NCBI GenBank assembly: GCA_015059095.1
Contig: SVBA01000005.1
Location: forward strand, 30,298-94,297
Direction: 5' to 3'
Length of the DNA stretch: 64,000 nucleotides
Source of the DNA: Erysipelotrichaceae bacterium
GTDB lineage: Bacteria; Bacillota_I; Bacilli_A; RFN20; CAG-449
In this document: one piece after another, positions 28,557-37,900 of the stretch
Position numbering within the stretch: the first letter of the stretch is position 1
Layout: the number at the start of each line of letters is the position of its first letter
Program-made: the position numbers and the translations under genes
Notes under the pieces: generated by a model
What the model was told of the DNA's origin: nothing
Databases searched by the model: none
The model's input: the letters and a program-made list of their open reading frames with translations, nothing else

Positions 28557-29476
28557 TAACTATTCTCCTCTCCGTCAACACTTCCTTCTAAAGAAGGATT
28601 ATTGTACTTAACATGATAATATATTTTATCATTAATTTTTTGCATAACAACTTTAATAGATTTAACATTTACTTCTTTACCATTTAAAGTTTCACTAAAA
28701 GAAACAAAGTTATCTTTTGTTTTTTCGTCAGATAGTAAAGAAATATAATTATCAATCTTTTCTTTTGTAATAATTACCTTCAAATCATCAACCTTTTTAG
28801 CAGAATCAAATACAACTTTTAAAATCGTGTTATCATCTAAACCAGAGTTATAATAGAAATTAAAGTAATAAGAATCCGAATCATAAGAAACTCCGATTAG
28901 ATTTTCTTTATCTTCATCCTCAAGACTCAATATTAATTTTGATAAATGTTCTACTCTACTTTCTAAAAATTTTTGTTCGTAGGGTTTAGTAAAAGTAGTA
29001 ATCAAATTTTGTGTGTGAAGATATAAATAATCACCAATTAAAGGATCTTTAGATTTCAACAAATCTTCATCTAACAACTTACCATTACTTAAATATCGAC
29101 TATCTTGATATTGAAGTACAGGGACTACTTCTTCAATGTTAATTGATAAACCTAAAGGTGTAATTTTAACATTTACTGAATCATCCTCAATAAGTGGAGA
29201 CTTTTTTAAATTATCTACAATTTTATCTTTAGAAATCAAATATAGTGATTCTTTTTTACTAATACCTGCTATAGATAAAATTTCATCGTTTGAATAATGA
29301 ATATTACCTGATATTTTAGAATTACTAACTTGAGAAAATGGAAGTAAAAAATAGGCGATAATTAAAGAAAAAGTAAGGCATGCTGAAACAATCTTAATGA
29401 TAAGATTTCTTCTTTTCTTACGTTGAATACCTCTAATTTTCTTTTCAAAATCAGACATAGAATTAATATTTGTCAT
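28556..29476 (-). CDS. divIB: FtsQ/DivIB
   Basis: Basic N-terminus, single TM, POTRA-like ISGNIHYSNDEILSIAGI; dcw position. Confidence 0.8.
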   Translation of the reverse strand: MTNINSMSDFEKKIRGIQRKKRRNLIIKIVSACLTFSLIIAYFLLPFSQVSNSKISGNIHYSNDEILSIAGISKKESLYLISKDKIVDNLKKSPLIEDDSVNVKITPLGLSINIEEVVPVLQYQDSRYLSNGKLLDEDLLKSKDPLIGDYLYLHTQNLITTFTKPYEQKFLESRVEHLSKLILSLEDEDKENLIGVSYDSDSYYFNFYYNSGLDDNTILKVVFDSAKKVDDLKVIITKEKIDNYISLLSDEKTKDNFVSFSETLNGKEVNVKSIKVVMQKINDKIYYHVKYNNPSLEGSVDGEENS

Positions 29477-30324
29477 TAATTACCTCTTATTTTTTCAATT
29501 TCTAGATCGATATAATAACCTAGTTTATTATATAATAACCGATTTGTTTCTTCAATTAAAGAGATAATATTTTCAAATTTCTCTTTTGGTGTAACTTCAA
29601 TGAAGTTAGAATGAATATTTGAAATCATTGAATTACCCATTTTTTTGCCTTTTAAATTTAATTGTTCAATTAGAAAAGGTATTTTTACAATTGTATAATG
29701 TTTAAAAGTAGAACCCAGTGTTAATTTATTATGTGGTTGAGTTTGTCTTCTTAATAAATCTACTTTTTTCTTATTTTCTAAAAGGATATTTTTATCTTGG
29801 AACACAATAGTAAATTTTGCTTTTATTATCAAAATATTCTTATATTTTAGTATTGTTTGATGGTATAAAAAAACTATTTCTTCTTTCTTTAAAGTAATAA
29901 TTTTTCCAAATTCATTTAAAACAACTAGTTCTACTAAGTTAGTTGAAATACATTGATTAAAACAAGAAATATTATTTCTGATACCTCCTCCAAGAGTACA
30001 TGGTATACCTTCTAATTTTTCAAATCCAGATATTCCTTTATTTGCTAAATATGATGACAAATATTTGATTGATACTGATGATCCAATTTCTAAGTATTTA
30101 TCGATTATGATTGTTTTATTTATATATTTTATAAATATATAATCACAATAATAAAATGAAAAAAATATATTAGAAGTGTTTCCAATATATTTAATTCTTT
30201 TATTTACTTTTAATATTTTTTTTATACATTCTAATTCGTCTGTTTCAATATATAATTTTACTTTTCCTCCTACTTTAATATAAGAAACATTAGAAATATC
30301 ATAATTATACTTAATTTTTAACAT
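29476..30324 (-). CDS. murB: UDP-N-acetylmuramate dehydrogenase (divergent)
   Basis: SYIKVGG, GNTSN, LEGIPCTLGGGIRNN, TQP...TLGSTFK, ISNIHSNFI. Confidence 0.85.
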   Translation of the reverse strand: MLKIKYNYDISNVSYIKVGGKVKLYIETDELECIKKILKVNKRIKYIGNTSNIFFSFYYCDYIFIKYINKTIIIDKYLEIGSSVSIKYLSSYLANKGISGFEKLEGIPCTLGGGIRNNISCFNQCISTNLVELVVLNEFGKIITLKKEEIVFLYHQTILKYKNILIIKAKFTIVFQDKNILLENKKKVDLLRRQTQPHNKLTLGSTFKHYTIVKIPFLIEQLNLKGKKMGNSMISNIHSNFIEVTPKEKFENIISLIEETNRLLYNKLGYYIDLEIEKIRGN

Positions 30325-31306
30325 TTTTAATTATCTCTTGATAAATAAGTTCTCGACTATTATTAATTTTAAATTTGCTCATGCTTTTATATCTAGATAA
30401 TGCAAAATCAAAATCTATAAAACTATTAATATGATTTGAAATAGTAATCAACGAAAAATCTTTTTCTTTTATTTTACTTACTAAATTTTTATTTACTAAA
30501 TAATCGACATTCTTCTCTTGATGATTATTTTTAACATATGGAGAAGGTATGCTAATACAATATGTATTTGATTGTATCACTTCATATAAAGTAGACGCTC
30601 CACCTCTTGAAAAGACTATATCATAATTATCAATTTCATTTCTTAAGTCTATAAATTCTTTTACTTTAATTTTATTAAATTTATTTTTAAATCGAGAAAA
30701 CAACTTACTTCCAATAACTAAAGTATAACTATGTTTGTCATCCAATTTATTATCAATTATCATTAATTTTTCAATTAAAGATGATGATCCTAAAGAACCA
30801 AAAATGAATAATACATTAAACTTATTTTTATATATAAATTCTTTTTGCTTAATCTTATCACCACTAGGATTACCAACTAGTATTCCCTTATTATCATCAC
30901 ATTCAAAGCTATATAATACTTTATTAGAATATTTTCTACATAATTTATTACTATCACCTAAAATGATATTTTGTTCATGAATAAGTAATGGTTTATCTTT
31001 TTTTAAAAATAAACTCAATGTTGTAATAAATCCCCCAAAGCCAATATAAATATCATATTTTTTGTTTTTTAATTTATTTATTTCTTTTATTAATTTAATT
31101 ATTTCAAAAGGAGAAGATAGCACCTTTTTAAAACTATTTTTGCTATCTATTGTTATTAATTTATCATTAGGCAAAATAATTTCTTCCATTTGCCCTTTAA
31201 ATCCTAAATAAGTTACATTAATTCCTTTTGTTTCTAAATATTTTCCTAGTTCAAAGCAAGGATAGATATGACCACCTGTTGAACTACTTAGAAGCAATAC
31301 GTTCAT
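30311..31306 (-). CDS. murG: Undecaprenyl-PP-MurNAc-pentapeptide GlcNAc transferase
   Basis: STGGHIYP, GFGG, HEQN, VGNP, FGSLGS, SRGGASTL.E, HQEKN; likely start MNVLL at 31306. Confidence 0.9.
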   Translation of the reverse strand: MNVLLLSSSTGGHIYPCFELGKYLETKGINVTYLGFKGQMEEIILPNDKLITIDSKNSFKKVLSSPFEIIKLIKEINKLKNKKYDIYIGFGGFITTLSLFLKKDKPLLIHEQNIILGDSNKLCRKYSNKVLYSFECDDNKGILVGNPSGDKIKQKEFIYKNKFNVLFIFGSLGSSSLIEKLMIIDNKLDDKHSYTLVIGSKLFSRFKNKFNKIKVKEFIDLRNEIDNYDIVFSRGGASTLYEVIQSNTYCISIPSPYVKNNHQEKNVDYLVNKNLVSKIKEKDFSLITISNHINSFIDFDFALSRYKSMSKFKINNSRELIYQEIIKNVKN

Positions 31307-32396
31307 ATTCTTTTTCTCCTTTATTAACAATTAAGCCTAACGAAAATAAAATGACTACTAAAGAAGACCCACCATAACTTATTAAAGGTAAAGTAATTCC
31401 AGTTACTGGAAATAAACCAATTACTACCCCTAAATTAATAATTACTTGGATCATGAAGATACTCAATAAACCTAATGATAAAAAACTTTTAAATAAGCTC
31501 TTTTCATTTTTTATTAAAACAAAAGAAGAATAGATTATTAAAGAAAACAAAAAAATTACGATTAATCCTCCTATTAGACCAAATTCTTCTACTACAATAG
31601 CAAATATAAAATCAGTTTGAGGTTCAGGTAAATAGTAATGAATTTGAATTGAACCATTTATTCCTTGTCCTAATAATCCTCCTGGACCTAGTGCATATAA
31701 TGATTGAATTATTTGAAATCCACTACCAAGAGGGTCACTAAAAGGATCAATAAAAGCATAAATTCTTTCTAAACGATAACTTTTTGATAATACTAAGATT
31801 AATATTCCAATAATTCCAATTATTATAATACTAACAAACCATTTTCCAGGTAATTTAGATAATAATATTTGGATAAAAATCGCTCCTAATATTACCATAC
31901 ATGTTCCAAAATCTGGTTGAAGCATAATTAGTACTATCCCTAATAATGAAGCGATTAATATAGGTATTAAAGAAGATATTTTTTTACTTCGCTTATAATT
32001 ACTAGATAAATATATTGAATTAAATATAATTATTCCAATTTTAAAAAATTCACTAGGCTGAAAAGATAAACTACCTACTCCAAGCCATGAAGTAGAACCA
32101 TTTTTAGTAATCCCAACTCCAGGAATCAATACTAGTATTAACAATATATAAGAAACAATTAATAGTATATAACCATATTTTAGTATCCATTCCTCTTTTA
32201 TTTTCATACCAACAAATAAACTAAGAATACCTAAAATAAAATATATCGATTGTCTTTTAAAAAAGTAATATTCGTCATTATATAAATAACTCGCCCATAT
32301 TTTAGACGACTCTTTTACCATAAATACACCAAATAAGCTTAATAATATTACTGAAATAGTTAATGTATATCGATATTTGTTTAAATTAGTTACCAT
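31284..32396 (-). CDS. spoVE: SEDS protein FtsW/SpoVE
   Basis: Multi-TM; SWLGVGSLSFQPSEF.K, QPDFGT, GFQIIQS, LPEPQTDFIF, TGITLPLISYGGSS; upstream of murG. Confidence 0.88.
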   Translation of the reverse strand: MVTNLNKYRYTLTISVILLSLFGVFMVKESSKIWASYLYNDEYYFFKRQSIYFILGILSLFVGMKIKEEWILKYGYILLIVSYILLILVLIPGVGITKNGSTSWLGVGSLSFQPSEFFKIGIIIFNSIYLSSNYKRSKKISSLIPILIASLLGIVLIMLQPDFGTCMVILGAIFIQILLSKLPGKWFVSIIIIGIIGILILVLSKSYRLERIYAFIDPFSDPLGSGFQIIQSLYALGPGGLLGQGINGSIQIHYYLPEPQTDFIFAIVVEEFGLIGGLIVIFLFSLIIYSSFVLIKNEKSLFKSFLSLGLLSIFMIQVIINLGVVIGLFPVTGITLPLISYGGSSLVVILFSLGLIVNKGEKEYERIASK

Positions 32397-32420
32397 ACTA
32401 AAACATATGAAAATGATAAT

Positions 32421-32446
32421 AAAAAAAGAAGTGATTGTATCACTTC
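32421..32446 (-). terminator. Terminator after the large lipoprotein gene
   Basis: GAAGTGAT-aca-ATCACTTC plus T7. Confidence 0.75.
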
Positions 32447-32465
32447 CCTTATTTATAGAATCAAA

Positions 32466-35400
32466 TTAATAATCAATAATAATTGAATCCCAGTATGTTG
32501 CATATCCTAAGTTATTTGTGATACGAACATATTTATATGTAGCAACACTAGCTGTTACTTCATATTCTTTAGTACCTTTAACTGTATTCATTAATACTGT
32601 TTCAGCTTCTGAGAAATCAGCATTATTTGAGAATTCAAATTTCATCATACCTTCATTATCATATGTTGATTTTGTTGCAGCAAAAGTTAATTTAACTGAT
32701 TTAATACCACTTTCAATTGCACTAGCTGTTTCAATTGAAGAAGCAACACCACCATTAGCTGTTTTGTTTCTCATTTGAAGTCCGTTATTAGTACCATCAT
32801 TATTCGTATAACATGAAACTTGAGTATATTTCATTTTAACGCCATCAACTGTAGCTTCACCATCACCATAAGCAACGCTAGTTCCAGCAAAACCCAATAA
32901 TTTTGAACTTGTTAGATTTATTTCAGTTTTACTAATTGAAACCTTAATAAAATAGAGAGAACAAATATATTCAGTAGGATTACTAACTGTAACTTGAGCA
33001 ACATTTGGAGAAACTTCTAATAAATTTCCAGTTAAAGTATGAGCAATTTCTTCACCTGTAGCGTCTGCGCCTTTATGAAATTTAAAGTTGTCATATGTGC
33101 CATATTGTTCAATTTCTAATTTAGAAATAAAGTAACCATCAGGTACACTAATTGTTAATACGTCTCCATCAACATTAGCATTAAAATAGATTGAATCATA
33201 TTCAGTACACAAATTATTAATTGAAACTGTAAAATCAATTTCTTCAGTATTTGAAAAATCTTTTGCTTTCAAAACAACTACTTTTGTTTCTGGTGATTCA
33301 GTCAAATTCAAATCCTCAATTCCAATTTTAGTTTTATATCCATCATAATATTCTTTACAGTAAGCATAATCAAATGCATCTTTTCCTTCTTCTACATTTA
33401 AATAGATTTGATCAATAGTTCTAGTAAGACCTTTATATGTAATAGTTGGGATTAGTTTAAATTCAATTGATTCTTCAAGTTCATCACTTGGTATAGTAAA
33501 TACTACTTTTTGAATACCATCTTCATTTACTAAAGTAACAGTATTAGATGTATCCTCTGTTTCTAATTTCCAATCAAATTTTATTAATTCACCTTCAAAT
33601 AAAATTTCACTATCTAAAGCAAATCCTTCACTAACACTATTATCATCACCCATTGATACAAATAATGCATCTACAAATAGTTTAAAATCATTACCATATG
33701 GATAATCAAAAGTAACATTAGTTAATTGTCCTTGGAAGAATACAATATTTTCCCACTCTTCTTTACTTCCTTCAAAGCAAATTTTTACACTAGGATCATT
33801 AACAGTAATATACTTAGTATCTTTAGGAATTATATAATATTGTGCATTATAGAAATCATAATCTGCAAGATTTATCATCTTTTCATATTCACTATCAATA
33901 TCAAACTTTGTTTCTATAATATCGACCAATTCATATTCATTATTTTCATTTAAACAATATAAATTAGTAGATTGATAATTATAATTTTTAACATTATTAA
34001 AGAAATCTTCTTTTGTTCCTGCATAATATAGTTCTAAAGTATCACAGTCAAAATTAAGTGCAAATGTTCCAATTTCTTTAATTGTTGAAGGTAAGAATAC
34101 CTTATTAACATTTTTCATAAGTGTGAATGAGTAAGGTTGAATCTTTTCAAGCCCTTCTTCAAACCCAATTGATTCAGTAGCCAAGTAATGACCATTACTA
34201 TCTTTAAAATACACATTATTAGCACTTGCAAGTATACTTGAATCAATATGACCTACTTCACTAGCCCAATAATTAATATCAAAATCAAAATATAAATGTT
34301 CAATCTCTGCGCCACTACAACGATCAATATATTCTAATCCTTTTGATAACCATAAAGTATTAACACTTAGATTATTAGCACTTGATATTTGATAAGTACC
34401 TACAATTTCCTCTGGTAAATCAAAGAATATTGAATCATAGTTTCTATCTGTATTGAATGAACCAATATGATAACACTTAATTTTTTGATATTTTACTCCA
34501 TCAAAGAAATATCTTGGCATTAAAACATAATTTTGATCAGTAGGAGCAGAATAATAAGTTAATATATTTTCGCTTGATTGTTCAAAAGAGAAATAACCAG
34601 GAGCAGCGATTAATTCTTCATCCATAATTACAAGTTCTCTTTCAAAAGAAAGAATAACTTCATCATTTTCATTAAGTGCAGAAATAGTAATTAAATATTC
34701 TCCTATTTCAGTAATATTTTCTTTAGATGCAACAATTTTAACATTTGGAATATCATTTGGTAATTCAATGCTATGAGCATTACCATCATAAACAACATAT
34801 TTATCCTCAATATCAAGTAATTTAATTACTTCAAATCCTTCTTTTGATACTCCATATTCAACGCTTACCTCTTTTTGAATTTCGTAAGCTATATCAATTG
34901 ATATATTCTGTTTTATTGCATTATCTTCAAAATAAATAGAATTAGTAAATTCATCGTAAAGAAGATCAAGATAATCCACATTCGAAGTAATATAAATAGA
35001 CTTTAACTTACTTTCTAGTTTTTGGGTAGAAATATAAGGACGACCAACTAGATACAGAGGTCCAAATTGATTACAATCAAAAGTAACTGTTTTTAAATTT
35101 CTAAGTCCTTTTAAACTAGCAGAGTATTTAATTGGTTCATCAATTACTAAATGTTCTATTTCATGAACGTTAATCCACTTATTATTTTCATCTAATACAT
35201 AAAAATTATTTGAACGATTTAAGATATTATCCAAATGAAGATATTCTAATGATGATTTATATTCAATATTTAAAAATTCATTTAATGTACCGTTATAATA
35301 AATTTCATCGACAAGAGACATAATAGGGTTATCTTCTATTTTTTCTAATGAATTAGGTAAATATAAAGTATCTAATTTAGAAGGATCTGCATTTCCCAAC

Positions 35401-36983
35401 ATAGTACAATTTTTTAGAGTAGTATATCCTTCAGGAATAGTCAATTTAGAAACTTGTAAATTACAACCTTCATAATCAAATACAGGTTCACCTTTATAAG
35501 TAGTTGGGAAAGTTAGTTCATCATTATCTCCATAATATCCTATAATTCTATAACCTTTACCAGTTACATAAGAAAGTTCAAGACCTTCTGCAACATTTTC
35601 GTCTTTATTTAATAATCCATTTACTAGATCATTTATCCATTGTTCTTCACTTCCATCATATTCAGGATGATATTTTAAATAAATATCGTATGCAGATTCA
35701 CCTTTTTCACCTTTTAGTAAATCTAAAGAAACTAAATTATTCCAAGATTCATCACCAATATATTTCCATTGAATATAATTTTCACTTACTTGGAAAGTAA
35801 CTTCTCTTCCGTCTTCACCTTTTTCGACAACTAATGATGATAATTCAACTAACTTACTCCAAGATTCATCACTTTCATATTTCCATTCTAATGAGCCATC
35901 ATTAACTTGGAAAATTGGATTTTTACCATCTTTACCTTTTAAAGCTTCAATAGTAATCAAATCTATCCACTCATCACTTGATTCATATTTATATTTAATA
36001 GATTCATCAATCACTTCAACAATGATTTTTTCACCATTTTCACCTTTTTCACCAACTAAAGAATCAAGAGAAATAAGTTCTTTATATTCAGTTTCATCAT
36101 TATAACGATAAACGATATAATTGTCTTTAATTTCAATAATTACTTCTCTTCCATCTTTACCTTTTTCGCCAGTTAAAGTTGAAAGTTCAATTAAATTTTT
36201 CCAAGTTTCTTCACCAACATATTTCCATTTAATGAATCCTTCACTTACTTCAAATGTTACTTCCTTTCCATTTTCACCTTTTTCACCAACTAAAGATTCT
36301 AATGAAACTAGGTTATTCCAAGATCCATCACCTTGATATTGCCATTTTATATAGCCATCAAGAACTTGAAGAGAAACTTGTTTTCCATCATCTCCAGTTT
36401 CTCCTTTATCGCCAACTAAAGACGATAATTCAATTAATACTTTCCATGATTCTTCATTTTCATATTTCCATTGAATTGATCCATCTTTAACTTGTAACAT
36501 TACCTCTTGGCCATCTTCACCATCAGTTCCATCTTTACCATCTGCTCCATCTTTACCAATTAAAGTGTTAATAGAGATTAAATTAGTCCATGATGTATCA
36601 TCTACATATTTCCATTGAATGTGATCCTCAGAAACTTGGAAAGTAACTTCTCTACCATCAATCCCATTTTGTCCTGCTAATTCTGTAAGTGAAATTAGTT
36701 CTGTCCAATTAGAAGAGTTCTTATATTTCCACTTAATTGAATTATCTTTAATAATTAATTCAATCGAATCTCCTTTAATTGATTCAAGCCATTCTTCATA
36801 TGTTCCTTGATATCCTGATCTTTTTGCAAGGTCATAAATATGCTTTTGTTGACTTTCTTCATCATTTTCAATGATTTCACTTGATGAACTATTAGATGAA
36901 ACATTGCAAGAAGTCAATACTCCACCACAAAATAAAACAAGTGAAAGAAAAGGAATCATTATTTTTTTCATTATAGGTTTCAT
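32466..36983 (-). CDS. 1505-aa surface lipoprotein: Gly-X-Y-linked beta repeats, BspA/LRR_5-like region, Ig/MBG-like segment, beta-rich C-terminal domains
   Basis: True start MKPIMKK at 36983 (AGGAG RBS); lipobox LTSC; 9 repeats V.FQV....IQWKY......W..L..L..L.G; LRR-like LYLPNSLEKI and VFLPSTIKEIG. Confidence 0.8.
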   Translation of the reverse strand: MKPIMKKIMIPFLSLVLFCGGVLTSCNVSSNSSSSEIIENDEESQQKHIYDLAKRSGYQGTYEEWLESIKGDSIELIIKDNSIKWKYKNSSNWTELISLTELAGQNGIDGREVTFQVSEDHIQWKYVDDTSWTNLISINTLIGKDGADGKDGTDGEDGQEVMLQVKDGSIQWKYENEESWKVLIELSSLVGDKGETGDDGKQVSLQVLDGYIKWQYQGDGSWNNLVSLESLVGEKGENGKEVTFEVSEGFIKWKYVGEETWKNLIELSTLTGEKGKDGREVIIEIKDNYIVYRYNDETEYKELISLDSLVGEKGENGEKIIVEVIDESIKYKYESSDEWIDLITIEALKGKDGKNPIFQVNDGSLEWKYESDESWSKLVELSSLVVEKGEDGREVTFQVSENYIQWKYIGDESWNNLVSLDLLKGEKGESAYDIYLKYHPEYDGSEEQWINDLVNGLLNKDENVAEGLELSYVTGKGYRIIGYYGDNDELTFPTTYKGEPVFDYEGCNLQVSKLTIPEGYTTLKNCTMLGNADPSKLDTLYLPNSLEKIEDNPIMSLVDEIYYNGTLNEFLNIEYKSSLEYLHLDNILNRSNNFYVLDENNKWINVHEIEHLVIDEPIKYSASLKGLRNLKTVTFDCNQFGPLYLVGRPYISTQKLESKLKSIYITSNVDYLDLLYDEFTNSIYFEDNAIKQNISIDIAYEIQKEVSVEYGVSKEGFEVIKLLDIEDKYVVYDGNAHSIELPNDIPNVKIVASKENITEIGEYLITISALNENDEVILSFERELVIMDEELIAAPGYFSFEQSSENILTYYSAPTDQNYVLMPRYFFDGVKYQKIKCYHIGSFNTDRNYDSIFFDLPEEIVGTYQISSANNLSVNTLWLSKGLEYIDRCSGAEIEHLYFDFDINYWASEVGHIDSSILASANNVYFKDSNGHYLATESIGFEEGLEKIQPYSFTLMKNVNKVFLPSTIKEIGTFALNFDCDTLELYYAGTKEDFFNNVKNYNYQSTNLYCLNENNEYELVDIIETKFDIDSEYEKMINLADYDFYNAQYYIIPKDTKYITVNDPSVKICFEGSKEEWENIVFFQGQLTNVTFDYPYGNDFKLFVDALFVSMGDDNSVSEGFALDSEILFEGELIKFDWKLETEDTSNTVTLVNEDGIQKVVFTIPSDELEESIEFKLIPTITYKGLTRTIDQIYLNVEEGKDAFDYAYCKEYYDGYKTKIGIEDLNLTESPETKVVVLKAKDFSNTEEIDFTVSINNLCTEYDSIYFNANVDGDVLTISVPDGYFISKLEIEQYGTYDNFKFHKGADATGEEIAHTLTGNLLEVSPNVAQVTVSNPTEYICSLYFIKVSISKTEINLTSSKLLGFAGTSVAYGDGEATVDGVKMKYTQVSCYTNNDGTNNGLQMRNKTANGGVASSIETASAIESGIKSVKLTFAATKSTYDNEGMMKFEFSNNADFSEAETVLMNTVKGTKEYEVTASVATYKYVRITNNLGYATYWDSIIIDY
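35700..36780 (-). repeat. Nine tandem 36-48-aa intragenic repeats with short Gly-X-Y linkers
   Basis: Units begin DSIELII, REVTFQV, QEVMLQV, KQVSLQV, KEVTFEV, REVIIEI, EKIIVEV, KNPIFQV, REVTFQV, separated by GEKGENG/GKDGADG runs. Confidence 0.9.
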
Positions 36984-37000
36984 AAAAATTTTTCTCCTTT

Positions 37001-37020
37001 TTTTATTGTTTACAATAAAA
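37001..37020. promoter_or_regulatory. Palindrome TTTTATTGT-TT-ACAATAAAA at the lipoprotein transcription start region (putative operator)
   Basis: Read directly; abuts the -10 box; same TATTGT-N2-ACAATA core as at pulA. Confidence 0.5.
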
Positions 37021-37050
37021 TTATACCCCCCCCCCGTCATATTTTGTCAA
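37020..37050 (-). promoter_or_regulatory. Consensus sigma-A promoter with a G10 homopolymer in the spacer (phase-variation candidate)
   Basis: Minus strand TTGACA-aaatatgac-GGGGGGGGGG-TATAAT; spacer 19 nt; C10 at 37026-37035 on the + strand. Confidence 0.9.
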
Positions 37051-37052
37051 AG

Positions 37053-37076
37053 AAAAATCGCTTTTTACAGCGATTA
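37053..37076 (-). terminator. Terminator after mscS
   Basis: AATCGCT-gtaaaa-AGCGATT plus T run. Confidence 0.65.
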
Positions 37077-37670
37077 TTTCTTAGTATTAATTTCAAGTTT
37101 ATTGTAAGGAATTTTAATATTATTGTCATTTAATGCTTTTCTAACTTGCTCTAATAAATCCCAATTAGCATCCCAATATTCTGGAGTTTTTACCCAAACT
37201 CTAGTATAAATTACTGTACTAGATTTTTCATATGCACCAACTCTAACAAATGGAGCAGGTTTATCTAAAACTAATTGATGGTTATTTACTACATTACTAA
37301 TAATTTCAATAACTTTATTAGCATCTTCATCATATGATATTTCAAATTGAAGATCTAATCTTCTTACATCTTTAGCAGAATAGTTAATTATTACATTAGC
37401 AGATAAATTACCATTAGGAATTGTAACTTGTTTATTATCAAATCCAATAACCCCTAAAAAGACTAAAATAGCTAAAAATTTAAGTACCTTACGATAAGTC
37501 GAAAAAACAGCATTAACTATAGTTTCATCTTTTTTCTTAATCCTTTTCTTATCCCTTTAGCAGTCCAGTTAATGAAAATAAAGATAACAATTAATAAAAC
37601 TAATGCAATAATGAATTTTAAACCAGTCGTTGTGCACCATGCAATAAACTGATTCCATAATTCATTCCAT
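37074..37670 (-). pseudogene. mscS: mscS small-conductance mechanosensitive channel, 3' part (IS-interrupted, frameshifted, internally deleted)
   Basis: Manual translation: WNELWNQFIAWCTTTGLKFIIALVLL..., a frameshift near the A6 run (~37530), then DETIVNAVFSTYRKVLKFLAILVFLGVIGFD|NKQVTIPNGNL..INYS..DVRRLDLQFEISYDED...YTRVWVKTPEYWD..IPYNKLEI. The TM3/beta segment is missing. Confidence 0.85.
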
Positions 37671-37900
37671 TGAACCTCTCATATCTAAAGACACAAGATT
37701 CTTGCTTCAGAGAATAACTAAGGATATTCTCTCCACAAGCGTAACTTCGGGTAGTTCCTACCCTAGATATATTTTATTATTTAATTATGATTTTGTCCAT
37801 AATGTAAAATATTTAAAGATGCATTATAATCTCTATCTATCTTTAAAGAACAATATGGACATTGATATATTCTAGAATCTTTTACTTCATAAGTATTGTT
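37650..37900 (-). ncRNA. Predicted TnpB omega-RNA (right-end RNA) with 3' guide from flanking mscS; 5' boundary approximate
   Basis: Right-end hairpins GGGTAG-gaa-CTACCC, AGAGAATA...TATTCTCT and the terminal CTTTAG stem, then flank ATGGAATGAATTATGGAATC. Confidence 0.65.

Noticed and set aside
35700-36780. Repeated DNA units as a possible CRISPR array or DGR repeat pair
   Set aside because: The repeats are degenerate, in frame and protein-coding. There is no constant repeat with unique spacers, no cas gene and no reverse transcriptase.
36984-37040. ORF-track start MTGGGY... for the lipoprotein, which would make G10 a coding frameshift tract
   Set aside because: The G run lies inside the -35/-10 spacer; the RBS and signal peptide point to the ATG at 36983.
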